The notes under the pieces were generated by a model. That model had not been told where the DNA came from. It worked only from the letters and a program-made list of their open reading frames with translations, and searched no databases. From an uncultured virus (IMG/VR IMGVR_UViG_3300037295_000360) (Duplodnaviria; Heunggongvirae; Uroviricota; Caudoviricetes), in the IMG/VR virus record IMGVR_UViG_3300037295_000360, positions 1-64,000 of that record: 64,000 nucleotides of DNA; one strand, 5' to 3'. Both the position numbers and the translations under genes were made by a program. This document shows positions 1 through 9,530 of this stretch, piece by piece (position 1 is the stretch's first letter; each line of letters starts with the position of its first letter).

Positions 1-166
1 CTTTACCTTTGAAAAGAAGTAAAGATTTAGGAGATTTTTATGGAGGATACATAATACATAAATATGATAACCTTGGTAAATCTTACGGAACAAATTACAA
101 AACTTATGAAAAAGCTAGATTAGGATGTCTTAAAAAATTAATAGAAATAGTTAAAAATAAATAAAT

Positions 167-1303
167 ATGGAAAATTTAAATTCAGTATGTTACGTTGGTT
201 TAGTTACGGAAATTAATGAAATTAAAGGGGCTGATTTTCTTGAATTAGCATTAATCGGAGGTTGGAGTTGTGTAACTAAGAAAAACGAATTTCAAACTGG
301 TGATAAGATAGTGGTTGCAACAACCGATGCGGTCATTCCTGAGGCACTTTCAGATTTGATGGGTGTTACTACATATCTCAGAAAAGGTAACCGCGTGCGC
401 ACTGTGAAGTTACGAGGAGTATACTCCGAGTGTCTTCTTATTCCATTTAAGTATTTAGCACCGCAGTCTTTAGAAAAAAATTGTCCAGTTGGAACTGATA
501 TGATGTTAATGTTAGGTGTTACTAAATATGAGCCTCCTGTTAGACAAATTCAACTTGCTGGAGGTAGAAAAATTAAATATCGAGACAATCAAAACTTTCA
601 TGTTTATTACAAATTTCCAAATTTAAAAAATGTGGATGGAATGTTCAACGAAACAGACGAAGTTCAAATTACAAGAAAAATTCACGGAACAAACGCGAGA
701 TTCGGTATTGTTAGAAAAAATAAATTATCTATATGGGATAATATTAAAAAATACTTAAAATTTCCGGGACATAAATTCATTGGATATGAGTATGTATATG
801 GTTCACATAATGTTGAAAAAGGAAGTGACTCACAAGGTTTCTATTCTACTGATGTTTGGTCTAATATTGCAAAGCAGTATGGGATTAAAGAAAGTCTTTG
901 GGAATATGCAAAAAACATACACACTAGTATTGGTGAAGGAATTGTAATTTATGGTGAAATTTATGGAGCAGGTATTCAAAAGAACTATGAATACGGTTTA
1001 ACAGATACTCAATTTGTTGCATTCGATATTAAACGAGATGGAGAATATTTATCACCAAAAACCACCGAATTCTTAATAAATGAAGAGTTTAATCTTCCAC
1101 ATGTCGAGGTATTACACTCTGGCCTTTGGTCTCAATCAGTGCAAGACGAATTTACATTCAAAAACTTTATTAAAGGAACAAAGGTTCCACACGAAGGCAT
1201 TGTAATTAAGTATCATACTGGTGAAAGAAATAAAATAGCAAAGGTTATTAATCCAGACTATTTATGCTATAGTGAAGCAAATGATGTAGAAGATTCCCAT
1301 TAA
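167..1303 (+). CDS. RNA ligase, Rnl2/DRB0094-like, with N-terminal tRNA-binding OB-like domain
   Basis: Motif I KIHGTN, YGEIYG, AFDI and EGIVIK..K nucleotidyltransferase motifs; N-terminal ADFLE..IGGW..V. Confidence 0.88.
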   Translation: MENLNSVCYVGLVTEINEIKGADFLELALIGGWSCVTKKNEFQTGDKIVVATTDAVIPEALSDLMGVTTYLRKGNRVRTVKLRGVYSECLLIPFKYLAPQSLEKNCPVGTDMMLMLGVTKYEPPVRQIQLAGGRKIKYRDNQNFHVYYKFPNLKNVDGMFNETDEVQITRKIHGTNARFGIVRKNKLSIWDNIKKYLKFPGHKFIGYEYVYGSHNVEKGSDSQGFYSTDVWSNIAKQYGIKESLWEYAKNIHTSIGEGIVIYGEIYGAGIQKNYEYGLTDTQFVAFDIKRDGEYLSPKTTEFLINEEFNLPHVEVLHSGLWSQSVQDEFTFKNFIKGTKVPHEGIVIKYHTGERNKIAKVINPDYLCYSEANDVEDSH

Positions 1304-1418
1304 TATTAATGGGAATCTATAAAAATGGTAGCTCATGAGCTACCATTTTTTTGTTTAGTACGTAAAGGCTATATATGAAATAAGTAGTCTTATAATAAAT
1401 ATTTTAAAATATAAAAAA

Positions 1419-1874
1419 ATGGATGTAAATTACAAAAAAATACTATTAGGAATGTTAGGTGAAAAGATAATTGCAAAACATTTAAGGGAACATGGATGTG
1501 TTGTTGAAGAATCATTAGATGTGTTTGATAGTATAAAGGATATGGTAGTAGATGGCATGAGTGTTGAAGTAAAGACAAATGCTCCATTATTTTATTATGA
1601 TTCGTTTACTATACCACATAATCAATATAATAAGATTACAAAGTCACATCGAGTCTATTGGTTATCTGTTCCATTACAGACTAAAGAAGACCAATTTTCT
1701 GGCTGTATTTTTGAAATGGATCCTAATATTGCAAAGGTACATGAAATTAAGTTCAATGGCGGCAGATCTGTTATGGGTGTTAAACGACAACAAGAAGGAA
1801 TGAAGATTATTTATAAAATAACAGACATAAAATTATTAAATCATCTAAGGGAACTTTCGTCATCTTATATATAA
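1419..1874 (+). CDS. Putative PD-(D/E)XK nuclease
   Basis: G.LGE, D-MVVDG..VEVKT pattern. Confidence 0.5.
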   Translation: MDVNYKKILLGMLGEKIIAKHLREHGCVVEESLDVFDSIKDMVVDGMSVEVKTNAPLFYYDSFTIPHNQYNKITKSHRVYWLSVPLQTKEDQFSGCIFEMDPNIAKVHEIKFNGGRSVMGVKRQQEGMKIIYKITDIKLLNHLRELSSSYI

Positions 1875-1886
1875 GATATATAATCT

Positions 1887-2831
1887 ATGAAAAAAATTAA
1901 ATTATTTGAACAATTTATTGCGGAGCAATCTAATTTTCCAAGTCTATATAAAATATACTTAACAATTAACCCTACAAGTGGTCATCGATGGTGGTCGTAT
2001 AAGGATTTTGCAGGAGACAATTTCTTTATTCAGGTAACACTCGAAAATTATAAGGATTTAGATATTAATCCTGAATTTCCAGTGTTAACTTACAATTCTG
2101 AAGTTACACAGAAACTATTAGATGAGGGACTTATTAAGAAAGAAAATATATATAATTTACCTGAATTTATTAAATTATCTGGTTCTAAATCAGTATTTCA
2201 CAAGATGGTTAAAGGTGATGAAAATATTCCAAAAACAGTACATGGCACTGAAGAAGCCCTGGAAATAGGATTTCCTTTGATAGGCAAACCTGCTAAGGGA
2301 CATTCAGGAATAGGCATTCAGATATTTAAAAATCAATCAGAATGGGATGCAGCAGATCACACAAAATTAGATGTTTACTCAGAGTATATTGATAAGGTAG
2401 CAGAGCACAGGTTATTTACATTCAAAGGTAAGCCTTTCTTTTGGATGGAAAGGGAACCAATGAATGATAAGGCAAAGTCGGGAAAGGGAAAGAAGGATGA
2501 GCAAATGGATTTTAAGTATATTAAAATGGACGTAAATAAAATTCCTGAAAAATTTAATACACTAGTGTCTAGGTTCGGTAAAATATTTTCAGATCTTCCT
2601 TATATATGTTTTGACATAATGGAAGACAAGTCCGGAAAGCTATATATAATTGAAAGTAATTCTCAACCTGGAGTGCCATACGATTCAACAATACAAATAT
2701 ACAGAACAATATATAATGACTTTTATGGAACTGATATAGACAAAAAATCAGATACTGAATTAATTCGATTAAGTTATTATATGGATAATAAAACACTGGA
2801 TTTAAATCCAGAAAGATTTGAAATAAAATAA
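1887..2831 (+). CDS. ATP-grasp (RimK-like) ligase with N-terminal KLFEQFIAE peptide
   Basis: IPKT, FPLIGKP..GHSGIGI, EYID..EHR, FDIM and IIESNSQPG motifs. Confidence 0.75.
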   Translation: MKKIKLFEQFIAEQSNFPSLYKIYLTINPTSGHRWWSYKDFAGDNFFIQVTLENYKDLDINPEFPVLTYNSEVTQKLLDEGLIKKENIYNLPEFIKLSGSKSVFHKMVKGDENIPKTVHGTEEALEIGFPLIGKPAKGHSGIGIQIFKNQSEWDAADHTKLDVYSEYIDKVAEHRLFTFKGKPFFWMEREPMNDKAKSGKGKKDEQMDFKYIKMDVNKIPEKFNTLVSRFGKIFSDLPYICFDIMEDKSGKLYIIESNSQPGVPYDSTIQIYRTIYNDFYGTDIDKKSDTELIRLSYYMDNKTLDLNPERFEIK

Positions 2832-2843
2832 AATAAAATAAGA

Positions 2844-3299
2844 ATGAAACTATTTAAAACATTTGAAGAATTTTCTGTTAATCAAGTAACATGTGATAAA
2901 TGCAAGTGGGAATGGAGATTAGAAGAAGGTGGAAATGATCCATATATTTGCCATAACTGTGGAAATGACAACTATCCTGATTTTATTAGTGAGAAGGAAG
3001 ATAAGGCAACTTCACGTGAAAAACTCGCAAACGCAGCGGTTAATACTGGATTAGACAATAAGGCAAAAGCATCAGGTGTTCCTATTGGAATTATTAGAGC
3101 GGTAATGCGAAGAGGAATGGGAGCATGGAATTCAAGTCACTATGCTGGAATGACACAAGAAGGATGGGGATATGCAAGAGTAAATGCATTCTTAGAAAAA
3201 GGAAAAGGAACATGGGGAAATGCAGATAAGGATTTAGCCAAAGAAGTTAGAGACGGTGGTCATGACAAAAAACTTCCATGGAAGCCTGAAAAAGATTAA
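2844..3299 (+). CDS. Putative virion/internal protein with Zn ribbon and conserved RRG.GAW..WG.ARVN domain
   Basis: CDKC..CHNC; LDNKAKASGVP..RRGMGAW..WGYARVNAFL; N-terminus MKLFKTFEEF. Confidence 0.5.
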   Translation: MKLFKTFEEFSVNQVTCDKCKWEWRLEEGGNDPYICHNCGNDNYPDFISEKEDKATSREKLANAAVNTGLDNKAKASGVPIGIIRAVMRRGMGAWNSSHYAGMTQEGWGYARVNAFLEKGKGTWGNADKDLAKEVRDGGHDKKLPWKPEKD

Positions 3300-3306
3300 T
3301 ACATTA

Positions 3307-3678
3307 ATGAAAAGGATAAAATTATTTGAAGAGTTTTTAAACGAATCAGAGGAAACATATAATGATTATCCAGCTGCCGCATCTCAAAATGCAAAAATGG
3401 CAATTGATTGGCGCGATGAATATGGTAGAGATGAAATAAAGGCCGGTACTGCAGTTGGATGGCAACGAGCAAATCAATTAGCAAATAAAGAAAAGATATC
3501 TGCTGATGTTGTATCTCGAATGGCATCATTTAATAGACATAGAAAAAACTCAGCAATATCACCTGAATTTAAAAGTACACCATGGCTTGATAAAGGATAT
3601 GTTAGTTGGTTACTATGGGGTGGAGATGAAGGAGTTGATTGGGCTATTGAAAAGGGAAAGAAACTTAATAAAAAATAA
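3307..3678 (+). CDS. Putative head-associated protein (KLFEEF family)
   Basis: Start moved to MKRIKLFEEFLNE; GT.VGW.RA.QL, MASF.RH and WLLWGG motifs typical of phage head-associated proteins. Confidence 0.55.
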   Translation: MKRIKLFEEFLNESEETYNDYPAAASQNAKMAIDWRDEYGRDEIKAGTAVGWQRANQLANKEKISADVVSRMASFNRHRKNSAISPEFKSTPWLDKGYVSWLLWGGDEGVDWAIEKGKKLNKK

Positions 3679-3683
3679 GGCAA

Positions 3684-4226
3684 ATGAAAAAAATAAAATT
3701 ATTTGAGGAATTTATGAACGAGGCTAAAAAACAAACATATAGCGCTAATTGTGCAATGTTATACTTTGACTTTCCAAAAATGGCACAAATTCATAAAGAA
3801 ATAATAGCGTCTGATCTATTTGAATCCGATGAAGGAGGAGGTCATGGTCTAGAAACCGAATCACATTGTACTCTATTATATGGACTGAATGCAGATGTAT
3901 CATTAAATACTGTTAAAGTAAAATTACAAGGGTTTGACTTTGGTAAATGTATCGCACATAACATTTCATTATTTGAAAACAAAGAGTTTGATGTACTTAA
4001 ATTTGATATTAAGGGAGATAATTTACATGCCGCCAATAAATCTTTATGTGAACTTCCATATAAAACAGACTATCCTGATTATCATCCTCATATGACTGTT
4101 GCATATTTAAAATCAGGTATGGGAAAAAAATACGTAGAAATGTTTAATACGAATGAACATGTCTTAATTCCATCACATATTGTTTATTCAATGACAGATG
4201 GTAGTAAAAATACTATTAATATTTAA
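3684..4226 (+). CDS. 2H phosphoesterase, T4 gp57B/Acb1-like (candidate anti-CBASS nuclease), KLFEEF family
   Basis: Two HxT motifs: SHCTLLYG and DYPDYHPHMTVAY. Confidence 0.7.
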   Translation: MKKIKLFEEFMNEAKKQTYSANCAMLYFDFPKMAQIHKEIIASDLFESDEGGGHGLETESHCTLLYGLNADVSLNTVKVKLQGFDFGKCIAHNISLFENKEFDVLKFDIKGDNLHAANKSLCELPYKTDYPDYHPHMTVAYLKSGMGKKYVEMFNTNEHVLIPSHIVYSMTDGSKNTINI

Positions 4227-4315
4227 ATAGAAATTTAACAAAGATTTAACACTCTGTATTTTTTAATACGGAGTTTTTTGATTATATTTACATATACAAA
4301 TTAAAACATATTATC

Positions 4316-4846
4316 ATGGAAGACAAAATCAAATATATTTTAGAACAACATAGATCTACTAATCACATGTACGATACGTATTTACCATATGAATTTCATT
4401 TAAGAATGGTAGCTAATACTGCTCAACAATTTATAAAATTAGTTCGCAATCCAAATGACATAGAATCAGTTATTTTAGCAGCGTATGGCCACGATCTTAT
4501 TGAAGATACTAGAGTATCATATAATGATGTTAAAAATGTGATAGGACATGTTGCAGCGGATATTATTTATGCTGTTTCAAATGAAAAGGGTAAAACACGA
4601 AAGGAACGAGCAAACGATAAATACTATGAAGGAATTAAAAGCACAGAGTATGCTTTGTTCGTAAAGTTATGTGATAGAATTGCAAATGTACAATATTCAA
4701 AGATGACAAGATCTAGAATGTTCGAGATGTATAAAAAAGAAAATGATTGTTTTATTACATCATTGGGCTATTCTCAATCACATGAACTGTCTATAATGTT
4801 TATTTATTTGAATGACTTATTTACTTCAACATTTGATCAGAAATAA
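4316..4846 (+). CDS. HD-domain hydrolase, SpoT/Mesh1-like
   Basis: PYEFHL..V, AAYGHDLIEDT, VKLCDRIAN. Confidence 0.8.
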   Translation: MEDKIKYILEQHRSTNHMYDTYLPYEFHLRMVANTAQQFIKLVRNPNDIESVILAAYGHDLIEDTRVSYNDVKNVIGHVAADIIYAVSNEKGKTRKERANDKYYEGIKSTEYALFVKLCDRIANVQYSKMTRSRMFEMYKKENDCFITSLGYSQSHELSIMFIYLNDLFTSTFDQK

Positions 4847-5140
4847 ACTTTAACAAAAAGTTAACACTCCGTATTTTTAATGCGGAGTTTTTTGTTTATA
4901 TTTACATATAACTAAAAACAAAATAATATGTGGTTCAAAAAACATAAACACAAACACTATTTCGATACCTCGTTGTATAATATTCCAATGGAAAATGAAA
5001 CTAACTATATCGTAACAAAATGTAAATGTGGAGAAACAAAAATAGAAAGAGTTCATAGGAAGAGTATATCATATATGAAGTTTATTAAAATAATTACGTA
5101 AAAACAAAAACAAAATTTAAAAATAACTAAATAAAAAATT

Positions 5141-5380
5141 ATGGCACATTCATCACCGGAGGGAATAACCCTAGGAAAGGGTAGTACTTTACTATCTTTC
5201 TCATTATCAATAAATGGAGTTTTAACCAAAGAAGAGTTAATTGATGCATGGAATAACGGTAAAACCATTCAATCAAACCATCATAACGAACCATGGCATG
5301 ATTTTATTAAACATAATCAAGTAGATAGACCTAATTTCGATTATGGTGAATTATGTAATTGGAGAATAAAACCCAACTAA
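5141..5380 (+). CDS. Hypothetical protein
   Basis: ORF with A-rich leader in a promoter-driven unit. Confidence 0.5.
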   Translation: MAHSSPEGITLGKGSTLLSFSLSINGVLTKEELIDAWNNGKTIQSNHHNEPWHDFIKHNQVDRPNFDYGELCNWRIKPN

Positions 5381-5469
5381 ACATAACTTTAACAAAAAAT
5401 TAACACTCTGTATTTTTTAATACAGAGTTTTTTGATTATATTTACATATACAAATTAAAACAATCAATT

Positions 5470-5796
5470 ATGACTAATTTCAATAAAGATACAAACATAT
5501 TATTTGAAATGATTCCAGGATTTATAAATATCGACGGAAAATTATATAAATTTCACATGTCAAAGGGTAAAAGAATTACAATATCATATCAGACTGATTG
5601 GGATTCTCAGCAAAACGCATCATATCTTGGTGAAACAAATCGAAGTAGTGATAAATCCCTACATGACGTTTGTGAAAAAACAATTAAATGGTTATTTGAA
5701 GGAGATTACGTACGATATATGCCATTTGGCTTTAAGAAAAAGTATGAGGAATTATATGGTGTTACTATAGTACATTCTAGGGGGTTCGAAGAATAA
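5470..5796 (+). CDS. Hypothetical protein
   Basis: Directly follows a promoter cassette. Confidence 0.6.
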   Translation: MTNFNKDTNILFEMIPGFINIDGKLYKFHMSKGKRITISYQTDWDSQQNASYLGETNRSSDKSLHDVCEKTIKWLFEGDYVRYMPFGFKKKYEELYGVTIVHSRGFEE

Positions 5797-5824
5797 TTAG
5801 TTAATCTAACATACTAAAAATATT

Positions 5825-6178
5825 ATGGCAAAATATAAAATACCAAGAGATCCAGTTTTCAAGACATTTGGAATATTTAACACATTAAGCGGGACATATA
5901 TCTGCCCAGGATGGATTCAGGTTGATCCTGGAACAACAAGGGAGGATATCGAGTATACTGATGATATAATATATAAAGAGAAACAGATTGCCCTAGAGGT
6001 GACGTCTAAGTCCCAGATAGATCTTGAATTTAAAGTACCTTCATCAAATGGAAAATCAGAATATTTAGTAAAATTTAAACAAGGCGATTGGAGTTGTAAT
6101 TGTCCTGCTTCTACATTTAGAAGAGGAAATTGCAAGCACATAAAGGAAATTGAAACAAACCAAAAATCAAAGGTATAA
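5825..6178 (+). CDS. SWIM zinc-finger protein
   Basis: WSCNCPA...NCKHI. Confidence 0.8.
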   Translation: MAKYKIPRDPVFKTFGIFNTLSGTYICPGWIQVDPGTTREDIEYTDDIIYKEKQIALEVTSKSQIDLEFKVPSSNGKSEYLVKFKQGDWSCNCPASTFRRGNCKHIKEIETNQKSKV

Positions 6179-6505
6179 GTTATAACAAATAATTTATTAA
6201 TGAATACCGAAGAAAAGAAATTTATACAGAGACAAGTCAATATATTCATATTAATTGCTATACTTTCATTATTAGTACTCATTGGATTTACATTTATTAT
6301 TTAATTAAAAATATAAACTATGTCATTTTACACAAGATCAACCATAAATAGATCAGACGCACATTACGTGAAAGGAATGTATATTAATCCAAACAATCTA
6401 GATGAATTGTTTAATTTCCCATATACAAACTATAAAGAAAATTTGTATTAAAACAAAACAATCATAAAAATTTGACAGAAAATTAATATAACCTTTAAAT
6501 GAATT

Positions 6506-6988
6506 ATGGGAAAAAAAATAAAAATTATAGCTAAGTTCATGGGTTATAAGATTGAAAATAAAAAGTTTCAAACTTTGCAATATCATTCTTCAAATGAATC
6601 CGATTGGGTATGTGATGAACGAAAAATCGTAACTTTAGAAGGAGCCGAGGTATGTGATTACAACAATGAATCCGATTGGGTATGTGATGAACGAAAAATC
6701 GTAACTTTAGAAGGAGCCGAGGTATGTGATTACAACAATGAACCTTATTTTTTATTAGAAGATTTACCTTTTAATAAAAACTGGGATTGGTTAATGCCTG
6801 TTGTAGAAAAAATTGAATCATTAGGGTATACTTTTAAAATAACAGGAAATATCGTTACTATTAATCACCCGTTTTTTGAAGACATAGACTATCGAAAAAC
6901 AGATTTGTCTAAAATCGAAGCAGTTTACTTAGGAGTATTAATGTTTATTAAATGGTACAACAATCAGAAAACTTTAACAAAACTTTAA
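6506..6988 (+). CDS. Hypothetical protein with internal 24-aa duplication
   Basis: WDWLMPVVEKIE motif; 72-bp tandem duplication. Confidence 0.65.
   Translation: MGKKIKIIAKFMGYKIENKKFQTLQYHSSNESDWVCDERKIVTLEGAEVCDYNNESDWVCDERKIVTLEGAEVCDYNNEPYFLLEDLPFNKNWDWLMPVVEKIESLGYTFKITGNIVTINHPFFEDIDYRKTDLSKIEAVYLGVLMFIKWYNNQKTLTKL
6593..6742 (+). repeat. Exact 72-bp tandem duplication (2 copies)
   Basis: aatgaatccgattggg...gattacaac starts at 6593 and 6665. Confidence 0.95.
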
Positions 6989-7052
6989 CACTTAAAGTTT
7001 TCAAGATTAAAAAGTTTTGATTATATTTACTTATAATTAAAAACAAAACAAC

Positions 7053-7517
7053 ATGAGAACGTTAAAGGATTTAAAAGTAGGAGATAATGTTTGGACAATT
7101 TACGGCGGTAAAACTAAAGTAGAAGCTATAAATTTTAAATCAACTTATCCAATTCAAATTGAATCAGGAAGCACATTTATGTTAGACGGAAAACGCTACG
7201 TTCTTCATCATCATCCATCTTTATTTTTAGAAAATCCATTTAAAACAAAATCATTATTTAATGAAAGATGGGTTCTAGTTAGTGACTCCAATATTTATTG
7301 GTGTAAAAGATGGTTAGTAAAAGAAACAAATAAAGAATACAGTTATGTAGTTTACAGTGGAGCTGCAACAGAATATGAATTAACAAAGGTAAAAGGAGAA
7401 GTTATAAGTTATAAGTTTATGAAAGAAATTGAAGAAGTTAAAATAATTGAATTAACACTCGAAGACATTGCTAAAAAATACAATGTTGATGTATCAGAAA
7501 TAAGAATAAAAGAATAA
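7053..7517 (+). CDS. Hypothetical protein
   Basis: Follows a promoter cassette; C-terminal ELTLEDIAKKYNV. Confidence 0.65.
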   Translation: MRTLKDLKVGDNVWTIYGGKTKVEAINFKSTYPIQIESGSTFMLDGKRYVLHHHPSLFLENPFKTKSLFNERWVLVSDSNIYWCKRWLVKETNKEYSYVVYSGAATEYELTKVKGEVISYKFMKEIEEVKIIELTLEDIAKKYNVDVSEIRIKE

Positions 7518-7694
7518 AACTCTTTGATTGAAGACAAACAATAATATTTTCTATTCTATAACATATTAGATAGTTAATGTAGTTTTTACAAATATTATAG
7601 ACTGTATCAGCAGTTGTGTTTGTTGTAGATATGTGTCGTTCCACAGATAGGGTCACGCCGAGCACATCCCACTGAAATTTGGGCAAAGAGTTTT
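7516..7694 (+). ncRNA. Structured RNA candidate, copy 1
   Basis: Closing stem AAAACTCTTTG/CAAAGAGTTTT with nested stems; scaffold identical to 8189-8385. Confidence 0.6.
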
Positions 7695-7963
7695 TTTAAA
7701 TACAAATAGTTATGTTAATATTATTAGATTATTGTAACAAAAATTTACCTATTTATTTAGATGAAGAAACTGAATGTATTGTATACAAAGAACATAGCAT
7801 TAATTATAAGAGTATAAAAGAAGCTTATGAAAGTGGTTATGACGTAGTTTGTATATTCAAAAAATACTTAACGATGCTAAAGATAAAAAAAGTGGTGTAA
7901 GAGTTGTCAAAGGTTTAGATGGTTTAGAAGATTTATTAAATTTTTTAAAAAAAGGAGAATAAA

Positions 7964-8182
7964 ATGGCAATAAAATTTATTATAGCAATTTTTGTAATAT
8001 TAGTAGTATTCTATTATTTAATACAATTTTTAAATAAACCTTTAGCTAAAGAAGCTAAAAATTTAGATAATTTAGAGAAAGTCTCTGAAGAAATAAAATG
8101 TGAAAATCAAAAAATCAAAGGTGATATTGAACAAACACAAAAACAATTAGATAAAATTAAAAAAAATTTAAAAAATAAATAA
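7964..8182 (+). CDS. Small membrane-anchored coiled-coil protein
   Basis: N-terminal hydrophobic helix, charged C-terminus. Confidence 0.55.
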   Translation: MAIKFIIAIFVILVVFYYLIQFLNKPLAKEAKNLDNLEKVSEEIKCENQKIKGDIEQTQKQLDKIKKNLKNK

Positions 8183-8188
8183 AAGAAT

Positions 8189-8385
8189 AAAACTCTTTGA
8201 TTGAAGACAAACAATAATATTTTCTATTCTATAACATATTAGATAGTTAATGTAGTTTTTACAAATATTATAGACTGTATCAGCAGTTGTGTTTGTTGTA
8301 AATGTATTAGTATGAGTCAAATGCAAACCTTTTAAGTGCGTAATAACTATGAAAGTATCCCACTGAAATTTGGGCAAAGAGTTTT
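8189..8385 (+). ncRNA. Structured RNA candidate, copy 2
   Basis: Same scaffold as copy 1 with a different module at 8301-8356. Confidence 0.6.
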
Positions 8386-8396
8386 TTAATAATTTA

Positions 8397-8877
8397 AAGC
8401 ATAGGTTGTGAGCAACGTGCCCCTTAATTGCACAATGTAGACTGATAGGAAAGACTATTAAAACAGGTTAAACATTGAATACCTTTGTAAATTACAAACT
8501 ATTGTGTCGGAATAAGACGAGGATTAATAATCTGGAATTGATTCCATGTAAGATAAAATTTCTTACCAAACTATTGGTTTACATAAAGATACTAGCAGTA
8601 ATGTTAGATGTGTTGTTCCCTTGAGAAAGGATAGGTTTAGAAAAGAGTGTAATATAACATACCTCACTACAACACAAATGAGTTCTCAGCAAGTAGTTAA
8701 GTGTGATAAGTGGAAAGTATCTTTAGTAACATAGGAGAAGCTCGAAACACTTTATAGGAAAGTTACTGATACCTAATTAACTACGTGACCCTACAGACTA
8801 GACTATATGTGAAAACGTAAAGGTAGTGAAACACGATTCAACATTATAATGTTGATGAGATAGTGAGGTGGGTGCTA
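8397..8877 (+). ncRNA. Large ornate ncRNA candidate (ROOL/GOLLD-like class)
   Basis: No long ORF; many long-range helices, e.g. 8584-8593/8716-8725, 8661-8669/8861-8869, 8609-8616/8669-8676, 8693-8700/8777-8784. Confidence 0.65.
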
Positions 8878-9076
8878 AAAAATTAATTGTAATTGAAACA
8901 AAAATAAAAAGTTATATATAACTAGTATAAAATAATTTAAATTCGTGAAGAAATACACTTTTTGAAAATAAATTAAAAATAAAGCTCTTTTATAGTGAAT
9001 TAGCTGAAACTAAAAGATATATAATAATATAATATGTATAAGAAAATAAAGCTTATATATAATTAAACAAATTAAA

Positions 9077-9223
9077 ATGAAAACATTGCAAATCATATCG
9101 CAGAATATTAGTCTACTTGAGATGAATCTAGCCTTACCGACAGGGGATCAAACATGTGTCTTTTATACTAGAGAATGGAAACACAATGGTTCTTTTGAAA
9201 ATCATAAAGTTAATATGAGTTAA
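9077..9223 (+). CDS. 48-aa leader-like ORF upstream of the tRNA array
   Basis: MKTLQIISQNIS...HKVNMS, A-rich leader, followed by a terminator. Confidence 0.45.
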   Translation: MKTLQIISQNISLLEMNLALPTGDQTCVFYTREWKHNGSFENHKVNMS

Positions 9224-9247
9224 AAATCTATTAACATATAAATATTC

Positions 9248-9281
9248 AAAAGGACCTCTCAAAACTGATTGGTCCTTTTTT
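9248..9281 (+). terminator. Intrinsic terminator / possible attenuator
   Basis: AAAAGGACC..GGTCCTTTTTT. Confidence 0.7.
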
Positions 9282-9291
9282 AATTTAACAT

Positions 9292-9361
9292 GTTTCGTTT
9301 AATCTTGGAGGTTGGATAGGTTGCAACCCTATCAGAAGTGGTTCGATTCCACTACGAAACT
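9292..9361 (+). tRNA. tRNA-Cys(GCA), atypical D arm
   Basis: GTTTCGT/ACGAAAC acceptor, TTGCAAC loop, U73. Confidence 0.8.
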
Positions 9362-9530
9362 CTAATAACTTTAACAAAACATTAACACTAGAGGTTTTTA
9401 TAAGTCAAATAAAATGATTATATTTACTTATAATTAAAAACAATAGAATATGTGTGAAAAGGAAAGATTATTAAGAGAATTGTTTAAGACCGTAGAAAAG
9501 AAAACAAACGGTTGGAAATGTAAAATGGAA

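Noticed and set aside
7471..8377. Paralogous minus-strand ORFs MPKFQWD.. (7471-7686 and 8168-8377)
   Set aside because: They are the antisense reading of the duplicated structured element, oppose local transcription and overlap plus-strand genes; a small antisense peptide is not fully excluded
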